DNA of 64,000 nucleotides from Octopus vulgaris. Its lineage: Eukaryota. The DNA lies in the NCBI GenBank assembly GCA_951406725.2, contig OX597816.1, positions 37,572,001 to 37,636,000 on the forward strand, written 5' to 3'. The notes below the pieces were generated by a model. That model was not told the origin of the DNA. It worked only from the letters and a program-made list of their open reading frames with translations, and made no database searches. Numbering within the stretch: the stretch's first letter is position 1; every line of letters starts with the position of its first letter. Below are positions 26,340 to 39,354 of this stretch, in pieces. The translations under genes and the position numbers were made by a program.

Positions 26340-27500
26340 AGCTTGTTCAGTATAAGAAGCAATTCTCTGTGGAATACTTTGTCAAATACTTTAGAAATGT
26401 GTAAAGTAAAAACACGAAAGCCAGATTTGTGATCCAGTGTGCTATTTATCCTATTAGTGATGAATGTAAATATATCAAGTATGGAACTGGAAGACTGAAA
26501 ACCGTACTGTTTATCACTAAGGAGATTGGCTTTATTCATGTAGTTACTAACATGCTAGTTAATTATAGATTCAAACAGCTTGTTTTCTCTTCTCATAAGA
26601 CTACATTGAGATGGAGAAGAATAGTCATCATCGGGGCGCCACTGCATGGTGCCAAAGATTCCAACATCACCATCAAAATACAGGTCCAGATACTGCAACA
26701 GCTTGGGTTTCAGAGGACCACAGCTCTTTAACATCCTCCCTAAATGCCTGAGAGACTTACATGGTGTGGATGTGGGTTTCTTTAAAACTAAGCTGGATCT
26801 CTTCTTGTCGGGGGTCCTCACGACAGGAGACACAGATGCGGGCAGCGGCATCGAACTCCCTTGTTAATCAAGTGCGACGTATCAGAGGTGGATTCACATA
26901 TTAGTGTAGCTCATTCAGCGGTGGTGCCCCAGCATGGCCGCGGCCTTCGGGCTAAAACATTTTTAAGGATTTAAGGATTTAAGGTTCTTGAAAATTGGAC
27001 AAATTACAGACTACTTCTATATGCTAGGTAAGCAATGATTGAAAAAATTTAATTAAATAGGGGATAGATCAAGGAATAAGTTTTTCAACAGAATGACTGG
27101 CATTTGATCTGAACCAATTGCTTTTGACGGAATAAGGTCATTTATAACTTTGGAAATCTTCCTTACTGGTACTCTAATATCTGAAATAAGCAGTTAGTAT
27201 GAGTATGGAAATCCACCATAAAGTGTTAGTCATTCAGCATAGAGTTTGATGTAAAATTGTTACCAAATAGTTTTGCTTTGTCTGAGAACGATGAGATTGC
27301 TTCAGACCCATTTATGATTATAAGAACAGATTAGTGATGTGTCACGGTTAAATAATCTTTCAGTTATTTTCCAGATTTCAAGTGAACCAGTGCCTCTTTA
27401 ACAAATCTCCCTTGAACAAATTCAGTACAACAAACCTTGTCGTTCTTTAACCTTGGTTACAGCAGCTACAGAAGGCTACAGGTTAATGTCACCTCTATTT
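26340..27500 (-). mobile_element. Degenerate CR1-group LINE RT fragment, interrupted by a + strand LINE tail
   Basis: NLLSDKQYGF...ISKVFDKVFH (ORF 26539-26336), with continuation beyond 26985. Confidence 0.65.
26598..26984 (+). mobile_element. 3' fragment of a second CR1-group LINE family
   Basis: NSLGFRGPQLFNILPKCLR...FKTKLDLFL, then tail GGTGGTGCCCCAGCATGGCCGCGGCCTTCGGGCTAAAAC + (TTTAAGGA)n. Tail-only copies lie at 52188-52253(-) and 54771-54820(-). Confidence 0.8.
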
Positions 27501-28046
27501 TGGTGATGCTCTATACTATACATGGTTATTGCAATGAACTATAGCAGTAGTACAATCTGGAGTAAACAAAGTTTGTGAGAGAGCAAGAAGCCTTTGTTAA
27601 TTTCAACAAATTGGGAAAGATAAAAGGTGAAGACGACTTCAACAGTATTCGAACATCGGAACTTAAACCACAGTAACTAAATACTATAAATCATTTTATC
27701 TGAAGCTCTAACAATTTTGCTAATTCACTAGCATTGATTCTATATAGAAAATGTTTCACATGTAGAAATTATAAGGATTCAAATATTATTATTTTCGCTA
27801 ATAAGGTAAGAATTGGGAGAGCTAAAACATGAGATCTCTGAACTATTATTTACGAGACAGAAAATTCGTAATTGGAAAATTGGATTTCAATGAGCAGAAC
27901 ATGAGAATCCTTATTCTGAGAATATTACTCGGAAAATAATAATGGTATATTGTGCTGCACAGCGTATGTGTATATATATATATATATGTTCAAGTTCGTG
28001 TGTGAGCTTGTGCATGTGAATACATGTGCTTGCTTGTCTATCAGTC

Positions 28047-28179
<133 letters not shown>

Positions 28180-28202
28180 AGGTACATATATACTCATACA
28201 TA

Positions 28203-28375
28203 GGCGCAGGAATGGCTGTGTGGTAAGAAGCTTGCTTCCCAACCACATGGTTCCGGATTCGGTCCCTCTGCGTGGCACCTTAGGCAAGTGTCTTCTACTA
28301 TAGCCTCGGGCTGAACAAAGCTCAAAGTCTTGTGAATTGACTTGGTAGACGGAAACTGAAAGAAGCCCGCCGTAT
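28203..28375 (+). mobile_element. 5' half of the CORE-like SINE
   Basis: Homologous to 23118-23280. Confidence 0.85.
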
Positions 28376-28389
28376 AAATATATATATAT

Positions 28390-29072
28390 ATAATATAAAT
28401 AATATATATGCATATATAAAACATATGCATATATGAGTACAGGATGTCACCAACAGTAAACAACATGAAATGTGAAAACAAATGAGTTCAATACGCAAAC
28501 AACGAGAGAAACAAATGGAAAGCAGGACAAGTAACATAAAGAACGACCCTTCATCAGTTGTCGACCTTCTATCTACTCCTCATTTCGAGCATTCAACGAC
28601 AATATAAGTCTTCAAAGACAGTTACTCCCATAAATACCAAAATAAAATTTGGGATTTATGGAGGGTCAAATTTGGGAACAAAAACAGGACAGTGGAGATA
28701 TACAATGAAACTGAACGAAAACAAACATAGAGGGTCGTTAGACCAGAACGAGGGTAAAATAGCGAACGCTGTAAGAATATTTTCTTTGAAAAGAGAAAAG
28801 ATAGAAGAGAGAGGTAGAATACTCCGGTCCTTAGGACAGCCCTGAAGGAAAAGAAAGATGATCACGTGAGGAAAAGAAAGATGGACGATGGTCACGTGTG
28901 AGCAACGAGAGAGAGAGAAAAGAGAAAGGGAGAGAGAGGGACAGATAGAAAACTATGAAGGGGAGAAAATATGAGGAAGAAAACAATATAGAGTAGAATC
29001 GCATCAAAAAGATTAAGATGAACTTACTTGAAAATGGATGCGTGGCGTTCAGTTAAATAATAATATAAATAC

Positions 29073-29075
<3 letters not shown>
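28390..29075 (-). mobile_element. Second (divergent) member of the permuted-hammerhead repeat family, ~680 bp
   Basis: Same architecture as 10681-11489: 5' GAACGCCACGCATCCATTTTCAAGTAAG, pyrimidine-rich body, ribozyme, and TCCTGTACTCATAT 3' word. TAATATAAAT occurs at both ends. In a (TA)n context. Confidence 0.75.
28546..28608 (-). ncRNA. Non-circularly permuted hammerhead ribozyme candidate, copy 3
   Basis: CUUA-UA^-UUGUCG-uugaau-GCUC-GAAA-UGAG-(15 nt)-CGACAA-CUGAUGA-A-GGGU. Stem I UUGUCG/CGACAA, stem III CUUAU/AUGAG, stem II GCUC/GGGU. Confidence 0.75.
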
Positions 29076-29121
<46 letters not shown>

Positions 29122-29126
<5 letters not shown>

Positions 29127-29555
29127 AAGAACGAAAATGCTACTTTTTAAAAGTACTTTTTAAAAGGTAATTAAAAGAAATTTTTTTTTGTATTACAGGT
29201 TTCGGCTTTTGAAAAACCTTACCAAAAGTATGTACTAAAATGGAATATGTTTAGAAAAAAGTGACACTGGCTATGATGGCCTTCACAGACAGTGCCACGA
29301 GTTATGCCACGAAAATTAAAGGAAATTACCACGTGTTCTGGCAGGAAAAAAGAAAGTACACTATGAACGTTTATTTCAATAGTTTTAATAATAACTTTTT
29401 TCTCTACATATTCCATTTTAGTACATATTTTTGATAAGGTTCTTCAAAAACCGAAACATGTAATACAAAAAAAAATTTTTCTTTTAATGTATTTATATAA
29501 AGAAATTCAAAATGTACCTAATTTTAAAAAAAGTAGCATTTTCGTTCTTTTTCAT
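29122..29555. mobile_element. MITE with ~140-bp imperfect terminal inverted repeats in (TA)n
   Basis: AGAACGAAAATGCTACTTTTT...TATGTACTAAAATGGAATATG is mirrored by CATATTCCATTTTAGTACATA...AAAAAGTAGCATTTTCGTTCT. Confidence 0.8.
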
Positions 29556-29626
29556 ATATATATATATATATATATGAAAAACAAGTCAGGATAGAAAATG
29601 CTAAAATAATTTTATAAAGAACATTT

Positions 29627-29662
29627 CAGTACCGCTTTCAGTCATTGAGACCTTTTCAACTG
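29627..29662 (-). ncRNA. Minimal type I hammerhead with U3-A8 core variant
   Basis: CAG-UUGAAAA-GGUC-ucaau-GACU-GAAA-GCGG-UA^-CUG, in a ~90-bp insert between (TA)n tracts. Confidence 0.6.
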
Positions 29663-29743
<81 letters not shown>

Positions 29744-30104
29744 GTGTGTACGTGTGTATGTAAGAGTGTGTGTGAGTGTGTGTGTGCGTCTGTGGGAGTG
29801 TGTGAATGTGTATGTGTTTGTGTGCTAAAATTCAGGGCGTTTTTGACTATATGGATGTTCCATAATTTTAGATTAAACAATACATTGTTGCATATAATGT
29901 TTCGATCTATATACTCTAAAACCTATGCTCTTGGGTCTGAAAAGCTTCAAACGAATCTGATCTCAAGAAGCCTCAAAATAGTAGGGTTTTAATCATTCGT
30001 ATAACAAAACGTTTGAAAAAAGCTGTTGCTATTCCTGACGATGAAGAAATCAAAAATGAAAGACAAAGGAGCCTGCAGATCCATGTATATACATACGTAA
30101 AGGA

Positions 30105-30333
30105 TACACACACACACACATTCAACTCTTACACACACACACACACACATCCAACTCTTACACACACACACATCCAACTCTTACACACACACACACATCC
30201 AACTCTTACACACACATACACACACACACACATTCAACTCTTACACACACACACATCCAACTCTTACACACACACACACACATCCAACTCTTACACACAC
30301 ACACATTCAACTCTTACACACACACACATCCAA

Positions 30334-30372
<39 letters not shown>

Positions 30373-30500
30373 CCAACTCTTACACACACACACACACATT
30401 CAACTCTTACACACACACACATCCAGCTCTTACACACACACACACATCCAACTCTTACACACACACACACACACACACAGATCCCACTTTTACACACAAA
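30105..30500. repeat. Minisatellite: ~14 units of T(C/T)CAACTCTTA + (CA)n of variable length
   Basis: Direct reading. Confidence 0.9.
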
Positions 30501-30544
30501 CATAAACAAAAAGAAGGCACATACAGATACGTAGAAACGCGCAC

Positions 30545-31260
30545 ATACATGCATACATACATACATGCATGCATGCATACATACATACATACATGCATGC
30601 ATACATACATACACACATACATACATGCATACATACATACATACATACATGCATGCATGCATACATACATACATACATGCATACATACATACATACATGC
30701 ATGCATACATACATACACACATACATACATGCATACATACATACATACATACATACATACATACATGCATGCATGCATACATACATACATACATACATAC
30801 ATGCATGCATGCATACATACATACATACATACATACATACATACATACATACATACATACATACATACGTACGTACGTACGTACATACATACATACATAC
30901 ATACATACATACATACATACATACATACATACATACATACATACATACATACATACATGCATGCATGCATACATACATACATACATACATACATACATAC
31001 ATACATACATACATACATACATACATACATGCATGCATACATACATACAAACATACATACATACATACATACATACATGCATGCATACATACATGCATAC
31101 ATACATACATACATACATACATACATACATACATACATGCATGCATACATACATACATACATACATACATACATACATACATACATACATGCATGCATAC
31201 ATACATACATACATACATACATACATACATACATGCATACATACATACATACATACAAAC
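30545..31260. repeat. ~700-bp (CATA)n/(CATG) microsatellite
   Basis: Direct reading. It generates the spurious MYVC/HTYI ORFs. Confidence 0.95.
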
Positions 31261-31725
31261 ACTTAGGCAAAAGGATGATGCTTACATAAAGATTAACACA
31301 CACACACGCACACACACACACGCACACACACTCACACACACAGAGACACACACATACAACCATACAACACTTAAGCAAAATGACAAGACATACATAAAGG
31401 CTAACACACATACACATACAAGCGTACATGCACACACATATAAGCACACATACATATACACAGTTCTGGAAAAACGAAGGCACAAATTTATTGAATGAAT
31501 TTTGAAAAACAATGTACACACGAATTCACATAAAGAATCTTGCAAACCAAATACAAAACCAAAATAAAAAAAACAATGTAGTTTCGTGTAAAATTTCGCC
31601 TTCTCTTTTTACTTTGTTCTCTTTATCTCTCCCCCTGGGTCTCTTTCTCTTCTCTTCTCTCCTCTCTACTACTTCTCTCGGTATCTCATTCTCTTTCAGA
31701 TAGATAGTTAGATAGATAGATAGAT

Positions 31726-31793
<68 letters not shown>

Positions 31794-31877
31794 GTAGGTA
31801 GGTAGGGTGATAGGTAGGTAGGTAGGTAGGTAGGTAGGTAGGTAGGTAGGTAGGTAGATGACCATAGTCATAGATTC

Positions 31878-32475
31878 TTTTCTACTCTAGGCGCAAGGCC
31901 CGAAATTTGGGGATTAGATCAACCCCATTACGAAACTGGTACTTAATTTATCGACCCCAAAAGGATGAAAGGCAAAGCCGACTTCGGCGGAATTTGAACT
32001 CAGAACGTAAATACAGACGAAATACCGCTAAGCATTTCGCCCGGCGTGCAAACGTTTCTTATTTCTTTATTGCCTACAAGGGGCTAAACATAGAGGGGAC
32101 AAACAAGTACAGACAGACGGATTAAGTCGATTATATCGACCCCAGTGCGTAACTGGTACTTATTTAATCGACCCCGAAAGGATGAAAGGCAAAGTTGACT
32201 TCGGCGGAGTTTGAACTCAGAACGTAAATACAGACGAAATAGCTATTTCTTTACTACCCGCAAGGGGCTAAACACAGAGAGTACAAACAAGGACAGACAA
32301 ACGGATTAAGTCGATTACATCGACCCCAGTGCGTAACTGGTACTTATTTAATCGACCCCGAAAGGATGAAAGGCAAAGTCGACTTCGGCGGAATTTGAAC
32401 TCAGAACGTAACGGCAGACGAAATACCGCTAAGCATTTCGCCCGGCGTTCTAACGATTCTGTCAGCTCGCCGCCT
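31878..32475 (-). mobile_element. SINE trimer (GGCGGCGAGCTG family) with a different tail on the last unit
   Basis: Three bodies within one TSD TAGTCATAGATTC (31865-31877 / 32476-32488). Confidence 0.85.
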
Positions 32476-32494
32476 TAGTCATAGATTCAGGTAT

Positions 32495-32850
32495 GTCTAT
32501 AATATAAACTTCTGGAAAGTTTTATAGATTTTTACATTTCCAGTGATGGATTGGATCTGTAGTATTCTAATTAGCTTCCTCCTTCCTGTTTTGAGAAGCC
32601 TCATTTCTCAAGATTGGTATTTAGGCAGTGTATTGCATACCCCAGGGCCCCAAACCTGAACTTATAATCTGCATATTTTATTATAGTTCAGCGTAGATAT
32701 TCTCTTTTTTACTGGGCAGCTAATTTCTACACAGCTTCTCTTCTCTATCCCAAATCATTATATCAGGTCTGTTGTGCTTACATTTTATTGAGATCTTCAC
32801 GGGGACATTCCACTAGTACTCCTTTTTATTATGAGTGGCTATGGCTTTTA
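32495..32850 (-). mobile_element. R4/Dong-like LINE fragment (restriction-like endonuclease region)
   Basis: Minus strand PDIMIWDREEKLC, with homology to 38770-39065. The 5' end abuts TATG repeats. Confidence 0.7.
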
Positions 32851-33322
32851 TGTATGTATGTATCGAGTTTTATATCTATCTAAGGCTTCATGTGAACATA
32901 AGAATTGTATGGCAAATTTTCGATCAACAAGATCCCAAGCCCAACCACTTCAACATAATTCTTGTTTTCGTATGAAACCTTAGGTATCAGATCTGATCCC
33001 AGCTAACGATAACAAAACAAATCTACGCTCTACCACCTGAACTGAGTACTCTTTCTTCAGTTCATTATTATCAGCCTATATACTGAATGAACTATTTATA
33101 TCAAAAATCTTTCCTATTGCTTCGTGAACGTTTGTTTATTTATGTGTCTATGATAGATGTGTTTATTTGTATGTGTGCCTATACTAAGAGTGTGTGTGTG
33201 TGTGTGTGTGTGTGCGTGTGCATTTGTAAGTGTATGCGTATACGTATGTGTGTTCGTTTGTAAATGTGTATTTGTTCGTGTCCGTGTGTTTGTAAATGTA
33301 TGTGTGTGTGTGTATTGAACTG

Positions 33323-33375
<53 letters not shown>

Positions 33376-33756
33376 TGGGTAATTACTTTTAATCGTGTCT
33401 TTTATACTGAAAACAGAATGCTGATGCTGGTATTTAGTGAATTCAATTCATTCTTCTTCTTTTTTTTATCTTCAAGACAATTTAATTAATAATTCAGACA
33501 ATTTTCTTAGTAGACATTTTTTCTGAAAAAAAAAACATCTGAAGTTAGATTTTGAGGAACTTACTTTAGTATTTCAATATGTGGTGCCGTCAGTTTTTCT
33601 TTTTTTTTTTAAACTTTGGACTCAATTATTTTCATTACATTTAGATTTGACTTTTTTTTTTTTTATCGGTATTTCGATTACTTTTAAAATAAAGTTAATA
33701 TCATCATATATCTACTTCAAAAGATACATATATACATGCACATAGATATTTTTATG

Positions 33757-33830
<74 letters not shown>

Positions 33831-34197
33831 TGTATGTATGTATGTATGTATATATTTATGTATGTATGTATTATATAATGAGTGTGAGTGTGTGTATGTG
33901 CTTGTGTGCCCATAGCGGTTATAAATATGAAATTTAAATATTATTATCTAAGAAAAAATTAAATCAGAGATTCCAGCTCTTACGTTTTAGTTTTATCATC
34001 GATAATTATTTGCATTCTTTTCTTTTTGTTTTTGTTTTTTTTAATTTTTCATACGAAGAGAGCAAAATACAAAATATTGAAGTTTAAGATACACATATAT
34101 TTGTGAGTGTGATTGCGCGTGTGTGTGCATGCGTGCGTATGTGTATCTGTATATATATATATATGTGTGTGTATGTGTGTGTGTATATGTATATATA

Positions 34198-35437
34198 TTG
34201 GATCATCCCATAAATACTTTTATTTTTCAAAATTGAGATAAACAAAGTTCTTTTTTAATCTAAAATATACTCTCCTTAATTTTCTACAATGCTCTTCCAT
34301 CTCTCTAGTAGTCTTGCAAAGTCCTTCTTTAAAAATTCACTTCTCCGTGACGAAAAATACTCCTCCAGTACTCTTCTGACCTCGTCTACAGAATTCATAT
34401 TTTTTCCGTTCAAATGATTTTGAAGACTGCGGAATAAATGATAATCAGATAGAGCGAATATGGTGGGTGGGGCATCGTTTCCCATTCAAACTGCTCCAGC
34501 CTTTTGGAATGTCATCCTCACTGTATGTGGCTGAGCATTATCCTGATTGAAGAACACCTTTCGTCTTGAAACCAAAGATGGTCAGTTTTCTTCAAGCACT
34601 GACTTAACCCGATCAAGCTGCTCGCAGTAGATCTGCTTTGTTATCGTTTGGTTTGGGTTTAAAGTTCAAAGTGGACTAAACCTTTCATATCTCACCAAAC
34701 AGATAACACCTTAGCTGGGTGATGACCTTCTTTAGCCTGGGGTACCGGTGTTTTTTTCCTTTCCCTACCCACTGTCTTCGGTGCTTGGCATTTTTATAGA
34801 GAACCCATTTCTCATCACCAGTCACTATTCGGTCCAAAAAAGGGTCATTCGTGAGACCTGACAGCAAAGAAGAGCACACATTCACTCGGAAAGTTTGTGA
34901 GGAACCCATTTATCCAATTTTCTGACTTTTCCGAAAGCACACAGGTGTTGATGAGTAGTTGAATGACTAAATCCAAGATTCACTGCTAGTTCCTCAACTG
35001 TTACGGTGGGGTTTTGTTCCTGCAGGGTTTGCAGGACGTCCTCGTCAAGCTCTACAGATCTTCCAGGACGAGGCTCGTCTTCTACGCTGTAGTTTCTGAC
35101 TCAGAATTTCTGGAACTACCGTTGACACTGGCTTACGCTTAATGTCTGAACCACATATGCTGCATTAATATTCCTCGCATTTTCCGTTGCGTTGTTGCTT
35201 TCATTGGACTCATAAAGCAAAACATGCCGAATATGGCCCCTTTGTCACTTCCATTACAGCATTGAAAAAATGATTATTAGAATCGAATTGCACTCTTCAA
35301 CATTTGCACTAAAAATAAGAACAAGGTAAAATTACTATCTGCTTTTATAGTAAGTCGATGCAGGTAGGTTATCCCGTTCCCATCCAACTTTTAGTTCATG
35401 CAATTGAAAAAAACGCATTATTTATGAGATGACCCAA
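34198..35437 (-). mobile_element. Full-length degenerate mariner element
   Basis: TIRs TTGGATCATCCCATAAAT / ATTTATGAGATGACCCAA in TA context. Motifs FLDRIVTGDEKWVLY and ALSDYHLFRSLQNHL. Confidence 0.9.
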
Positions 35438-35526
35438 CATATATATATATTAATATTTAGCAGAAACAACAAAGTGACTCATGGTCCGAGAGTTTCGTAC
35501 GTTGGGCACTTCCTGTTTGCATTACC

Positions 35527-35602
<76 letters not shown>

Positions 35603-35811
35603 TTGTACAACAATGCACCAGTATTTACTGGAAATAGCAGTCGATAATATACGACGCTATAGTAAAGCTTGCTGGTAAAGATGTGTGCGGGCAGTAAACA
35701 TTAAAAAATCTCATCTACCTCTAGGAGGAACATTAGATAAACGTAGAACCCAGATGTGTATAATCTAGGACCTAGGTTTCGAACTCATCAAAATACGTTA
35801 ACTGAAAGAAG

Positions 35812-35860
<49 letters not shown>

Positions 35861-36479
35861 GAGGGCATTATTACACATAAATGCCACACGCTAGGAGGGA
35901 CTTTTAAAGTCATAACTACCAAAAATAAACAAATCGTACCGAATGCAATTCTCGAAGTAAGACATTTAAAAACAGAATTTAGTTCCAGATCACCTGTGAT
36001 TTCGCAATTAACGTTTTATCTACGTCTCTTGCCCTTCAGTGAAACTAATTCAAAATATATCATGAATGAACAAAACCAACATACCAGGCGGAACCAGACA
36101 GGCAACCGTCGCCTCCATCGTAGCACATGAAAATGTTCACCCCTCATATATTTATGTAAATGGCGGGCTTTTTCGAATTGCATTTCGGTAAGAAATGTGC
36201 TTCTTCGGAACAAATTTAAAATTAGGATAAAATCTTAATAAGAAATTATCAGGTAGTATATATATATATATAGGCGTATAACGGTTGAATGTGGATTCGT
36301 CCTTTAATTGGACGGTTCCATAAAAGATTTCTGTTCATTCTTCTTACTTTGTTGGTAGTTTACAGGCATAAATTTGCGAAGATATGAAAGTAGTACTTAT
36401 ATATAGTGTATGATGAATATATTGAATGACGTTTCATATATCACATCAATTTTATTAAAAATGGAAGAGACAATTTGTT

Positions 36480-38130
36480 AAAATTTATAAGACGTTTAAT
36501 TCTTGCAATCGATCGTTTCGTACAGCGATATAATAATAATATAAATTCCTGATTGAAGTAAAGTAATTAAATATCAACGTACTCTTCAGTGCAAGAAGGA
36601 AAGAAACAATAATACAAGGAACTTAAAAAGGAATATTGCAGAAAAAAATTGGATCTAGGAGTTTCGTACTGGTATCCGTGTGAGAAAGATTTGGGAGTCA
36701 TGTCGGATATTGAACCATAACTAACGGCTTCAACAGTTCGGAGACGTTCCTCTATAGATGAGTATGGAAATTAGAATTATAGCTCCATATAAGTAGCGTA
36801 GGGCAAATAAGTATTAGAAATGTCCAATACAGAATTTAAATTAAAATTAAAACTAACCGTTGGAATCAGTACGTAGTATAATGTATTTTTTTTTAATCGA
36901 TACAGAAGAATAAAGTTTAGCGCGAGGAAGTGGTATATAAAAATCTAAGACTAGATAGTTAACGTATACAAACGGCGAAAAATAGAAGAATGAGAATGAG
37001 TAAAAGAGAGAAGATGATGTATATAAAGGACTCATGTATGCTTAAAAAATCAGGTAAGGTGACACGTATTAATAATAAAAGAGAAAAAATAAGGAAAAAC
37101 AGAAAAGCAATTGTTAATATTACAATTAAAGTAGTATGTACTTGCTGTGTTTATAAAGAAGAATAAGTGAATTTAAAAATGAAGTTAGATAGACCAGAAT
37201 ATATGTAGGCGAGATAAATGAGTGGAGAAAGGGATGAGTAAAAAAATAAAGCTTTTGATAGGGATTTGTTGGTTATACAGAATGTGTATTTTGATATATA
37301 TAAAAAGATTTTGTTATATTTCGGAATGGTCATTTTGCCAGTTTAGCCAATGAAAACACACGCACTATATATTTGGTGTTATTTTCCGAAATATAACAAT
37401 ATCTGTTTCAACACACGACTTCACATAAAAAATCTTGCACAACAAATATATAAACGTATAAAAAGATTGTTTCAGAGGTAATAATCCAGCTTAGTATTAT
37501 GTGAGAAGGATTAGGATTTTCCAATAAATGGAGAAATTAATATTGTTTCTTTTGAGGTTCCAATTTTTTAGATAGTCCTATACTATTCTCTTTTCGATGG
37601 CCCCTAAAAGAAGATTTATGGTTTAAAATTCTCAATTTGAGTTTTGTGTCCAACCAACGTATACGTGTCTAGAGGAGTCCTGAGTTATAATAATTGCTTG
37701 ATATAAAACTTCTTTCATTTTACGATTTCTATCTACTTCACAGGCTTAGGGTCTCGACAATTACAATTTGAGTTTGTGGGTGGTGTGGTGGTGTTATATC
37801 TATAGTTTGTTGGATTAATAGAGTTATTGTTATTAGCAGTATTTTTGTTGTTAATCGTAGGATTATTGGAGGTACTTGGTACAGTTATGGTAGATTTTTT
37901 TTATTGTAGAATAGATCCAGTTTCTCATTGTTAAAAGAAGAAATCATCCTAAAAAGATTTGGAGAAACTGAAAATCCAAATCTAACTTTTTATATAATTA
38001 AATATTTAAGCATATTTAGAATTTATTTATTATTAAATAGGATAATATAAAATATTTATATGTTTTAAGTTACGAAACAATTAGTCGTAATATTTGAATG
38101 TTCTTATTGTTAAATATAATTTCATCAAAC
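36480..38130 (-). mobile_element. Degenerate Penelope-like element (C-terminal linker + GIY-YIG + ribozyme-bearing 3' region)
   Basis: Minus-strand peptides VRFGFSVSPNLFRMISSFNNEK, NCNCR, KEVLYQAI and HVYVGWT. A hammerhead lies downstream at 36501-36596. Confidence 0.6.
36501..36596 (-). ncRNA. Type I hammerhead with long stem II (probably inactivated at position 16.1)
   Basis: UCUUGCA-CUGAAGA-GUACGUUGAUAU...AUAUCGCUGUAC-GAAA-CGAUCG-AU-UGCAAGA. Stem I is 7 bp and the stem III loop CGAUCG is palindromic. Confidence 0.7.
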
Positions 38131-38304
38131 TATTTCTGCGTTATTTATGACTTTATACAATCATTTTCTCTTGTATCATATCTTGTACATTCTGTTTTGT
38201 AGAATGATACATTAAGAAGATTTTTCATGAGTACTACCGGAATACTTGAATCCATATATTGTGACTTAGATTTATATAAACATATATGTATATATATATA
38301 TATA

Positions 38305-38351
<47 letters not shown>

Positions 38352-38367
38352 ATATATGTGTTTATAC

Positions 38368-38449
<82 letters not shown>

Positions 38450-38570
38450 GTACACACATATGATGGGCTTCTTTCAGTTTCCGAGTACCAATTTTACTTA
38501 TAAGGCTTTCGTCAGCTCTGGACTATAATAGAAGATTCTCAAAATATCTATCCACGCCTGTATATGTATG

Positions 38571-39326
38571 TCATTATTCAGTTTATTTCAAGATTTCTTG
38601 CCAATAGAGAAAGAACCGGTTTCCAACCGAGATCCAAGGCTCATTCATTGGAATTTCAACATCAACAATAGGGTATTTTTGGTTTGTATGTATGTATGTG
38701 CAGATTTGTATGTTTTATGTATGTATGTTCATGCTTATAGTTGCATATCTAGACATTTTCATATATATTTAAATGATAAACTTCTGGAAAGTTTTACACA
38801 TTTTTACAGTTCCAGTGGTGGATTGGATCTGTAGTCTTCGAATTAGCTTTCTCCTTTCTGGTCCTGAGAAACCCAATTTCTCAAGATTGGTATTTAGGCA
38901 GTGTGTTACATATCCCAGGACCCCAATAATTACAGGTATAAATCTGAACTTGTTATCTGGATAGAGTAATTGCAGATTTCTCAATAGTTCAGTATAAGTG
39001 TTCTCTCTTTCACTGATCTTCAGCTTTATGTTAACATCCGCTGGGAAGCTAATTTCCACAACTGTGCACAGTGTAGTTTTGGTATTTCTGTTTCCTTGTA
39101 AACCAGTGAGATATCCTTCAGACTTCCTTAACATGAATGACAAGGGGTTTACAGAAAGTGTAAACAACATCACAGAGAGGCTGACTCCTTGGAATATGCC
39201 TTTGTGATACTGTATTTTATCAGTGATAACACTTTCACTCTTTATGTTTAATTTCAAGTTGGTGGCCCACGATGAAATCAGGTCAGCTATGGTCTTGACT
39301 ATTCTCACTGGAAGTTGAAGAGATTC
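38571..39326 (-). mobile_element. Internally deleted R4/Dong-like LINE flanked by (TATG)n
   Basis: ORF 39308-38769 joins the RT motif KGIFQGVSLSVMLF...NPLS in frame to the RLE tail VVEISFP...IPVIIGVLG. The 3'UTR ends AATAAACTGAATAATGA-CATACATA. Confidence 0.8.
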
Positions 39327-39354
39327 TATGTATGTATGTATGTATGTATGTATG

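Noticed and set aside
30105-30500. CRISPR-like repeat-spacer array
   Set aside because: The spacers are (CA)n runs, the repeat is only 11 nt, the context is eukaryotic and there are no cas genes.
35465-35525. Minus-strand GUAC-GAAA-CUC...GAGUC hammerhead half
   Set aside because: There is no CUGANGA core in register.
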